NCBI RefSeq assembly: GCF_963921235.1
Contig: NC_086108.1
Location: forward strand, 38,690,001-38,754,000
Reading direction: 5' to 3'
Length of the DNA stretch: 64,000 nt
Source: Mobula hypostoma
Taxonomy: Eukaryota
The first letter of the stretch is position 1. Every line of letters begins with the position of its first letter. Below, piece by piece: positions 63,651-64,000 of the stretch. The notes beneath the pieces are model-generated. The model was not told where the DNA came from and searched no databases. It saw only the letters and a list, made by a program, of their open reading frames with translations. The translations under genes were made by a program, and so were the position numbers.

Positions 63651-64000
63651 ACCTGCAGCCACTTTTCCTACATGGAATCCAGCAAGAAGTACTGCCACAA
63701 TCACCATTGTTTCCACTGGTTTTAAGCAGTGAGTTTATTAACCATCCCCAAAAGCCCTTGAGGATGGCAGTAAGCTACTTTTGCGAAATACTATTCCTCC
63801 ATGTGAAAGTACAACTGTTATGAACATAAAACTAATCAAAAGTAAAACTTGTGTATGTTTTTACTTTAGTGAATCCTGCACTTTAAATTGTCCCACTAAG
63901 GCCTGAAGATTTAATCCTGTGGAAGATTTCTTACTCTTGTGGGATAATGTCTTTCCTGACAAGGTTGGGGGGGAGGCAGTCACTCTTATTGGCAGATAAG

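Noticed and set aside
1..64000. CRISPR arrays, rRNA or tRNA genes, prokaryotic operons
   Set aside because: None seen; tRNA-like sequence is limited to SINE heads and an LTR primer-binding site

Overview
Eukaryotic (vertebrate) DNA, most likely from a cartilaginous fish such as a ray; this is inferred from the repeat content (CR1 with SGNH-esterase ORF1, Rex1/Babar, V-SINE, Neptune-type Penelope, HERO) and protein divergence. Two host genes lie on the minus strand in the same order as in human. One is the promoter and coding exons 1-9 of ASPM (23685 down to 356, continuing off the left edge). The other is the last four coding exons of ZBTB41 (56638 down to the stop at 30674). All exons have canonical GT-AG boundaries and consistent phases. 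The introns are packed with nested transposons. The most striking signal is a young Penelope-like (Neptune-type, GIY-YIG) family carrying a minimal hammerhead ribozyme. All four young insertions (about 3.2 kb, 1.17 kb, 165 bp and 172 bp) are fold-backs with 13-15 bp target-site duplications: one end has the complete 3' tail and the other is an inverted copy of the same 3' region lacking 39-70 nt. The smallest copy with an intact ribozyme is a hammerhead sitting in the loop of a perfect 45-bp stem. Other notable items are a probable ancient piggyBac transposase relic downstream of the ZBTB41 stop, a structured HERO 3' end, and a CHR plus CCAAT cell-cycle promoter for ASPM. All coordinates were read by eye; boundaries of old repeats are approximate.
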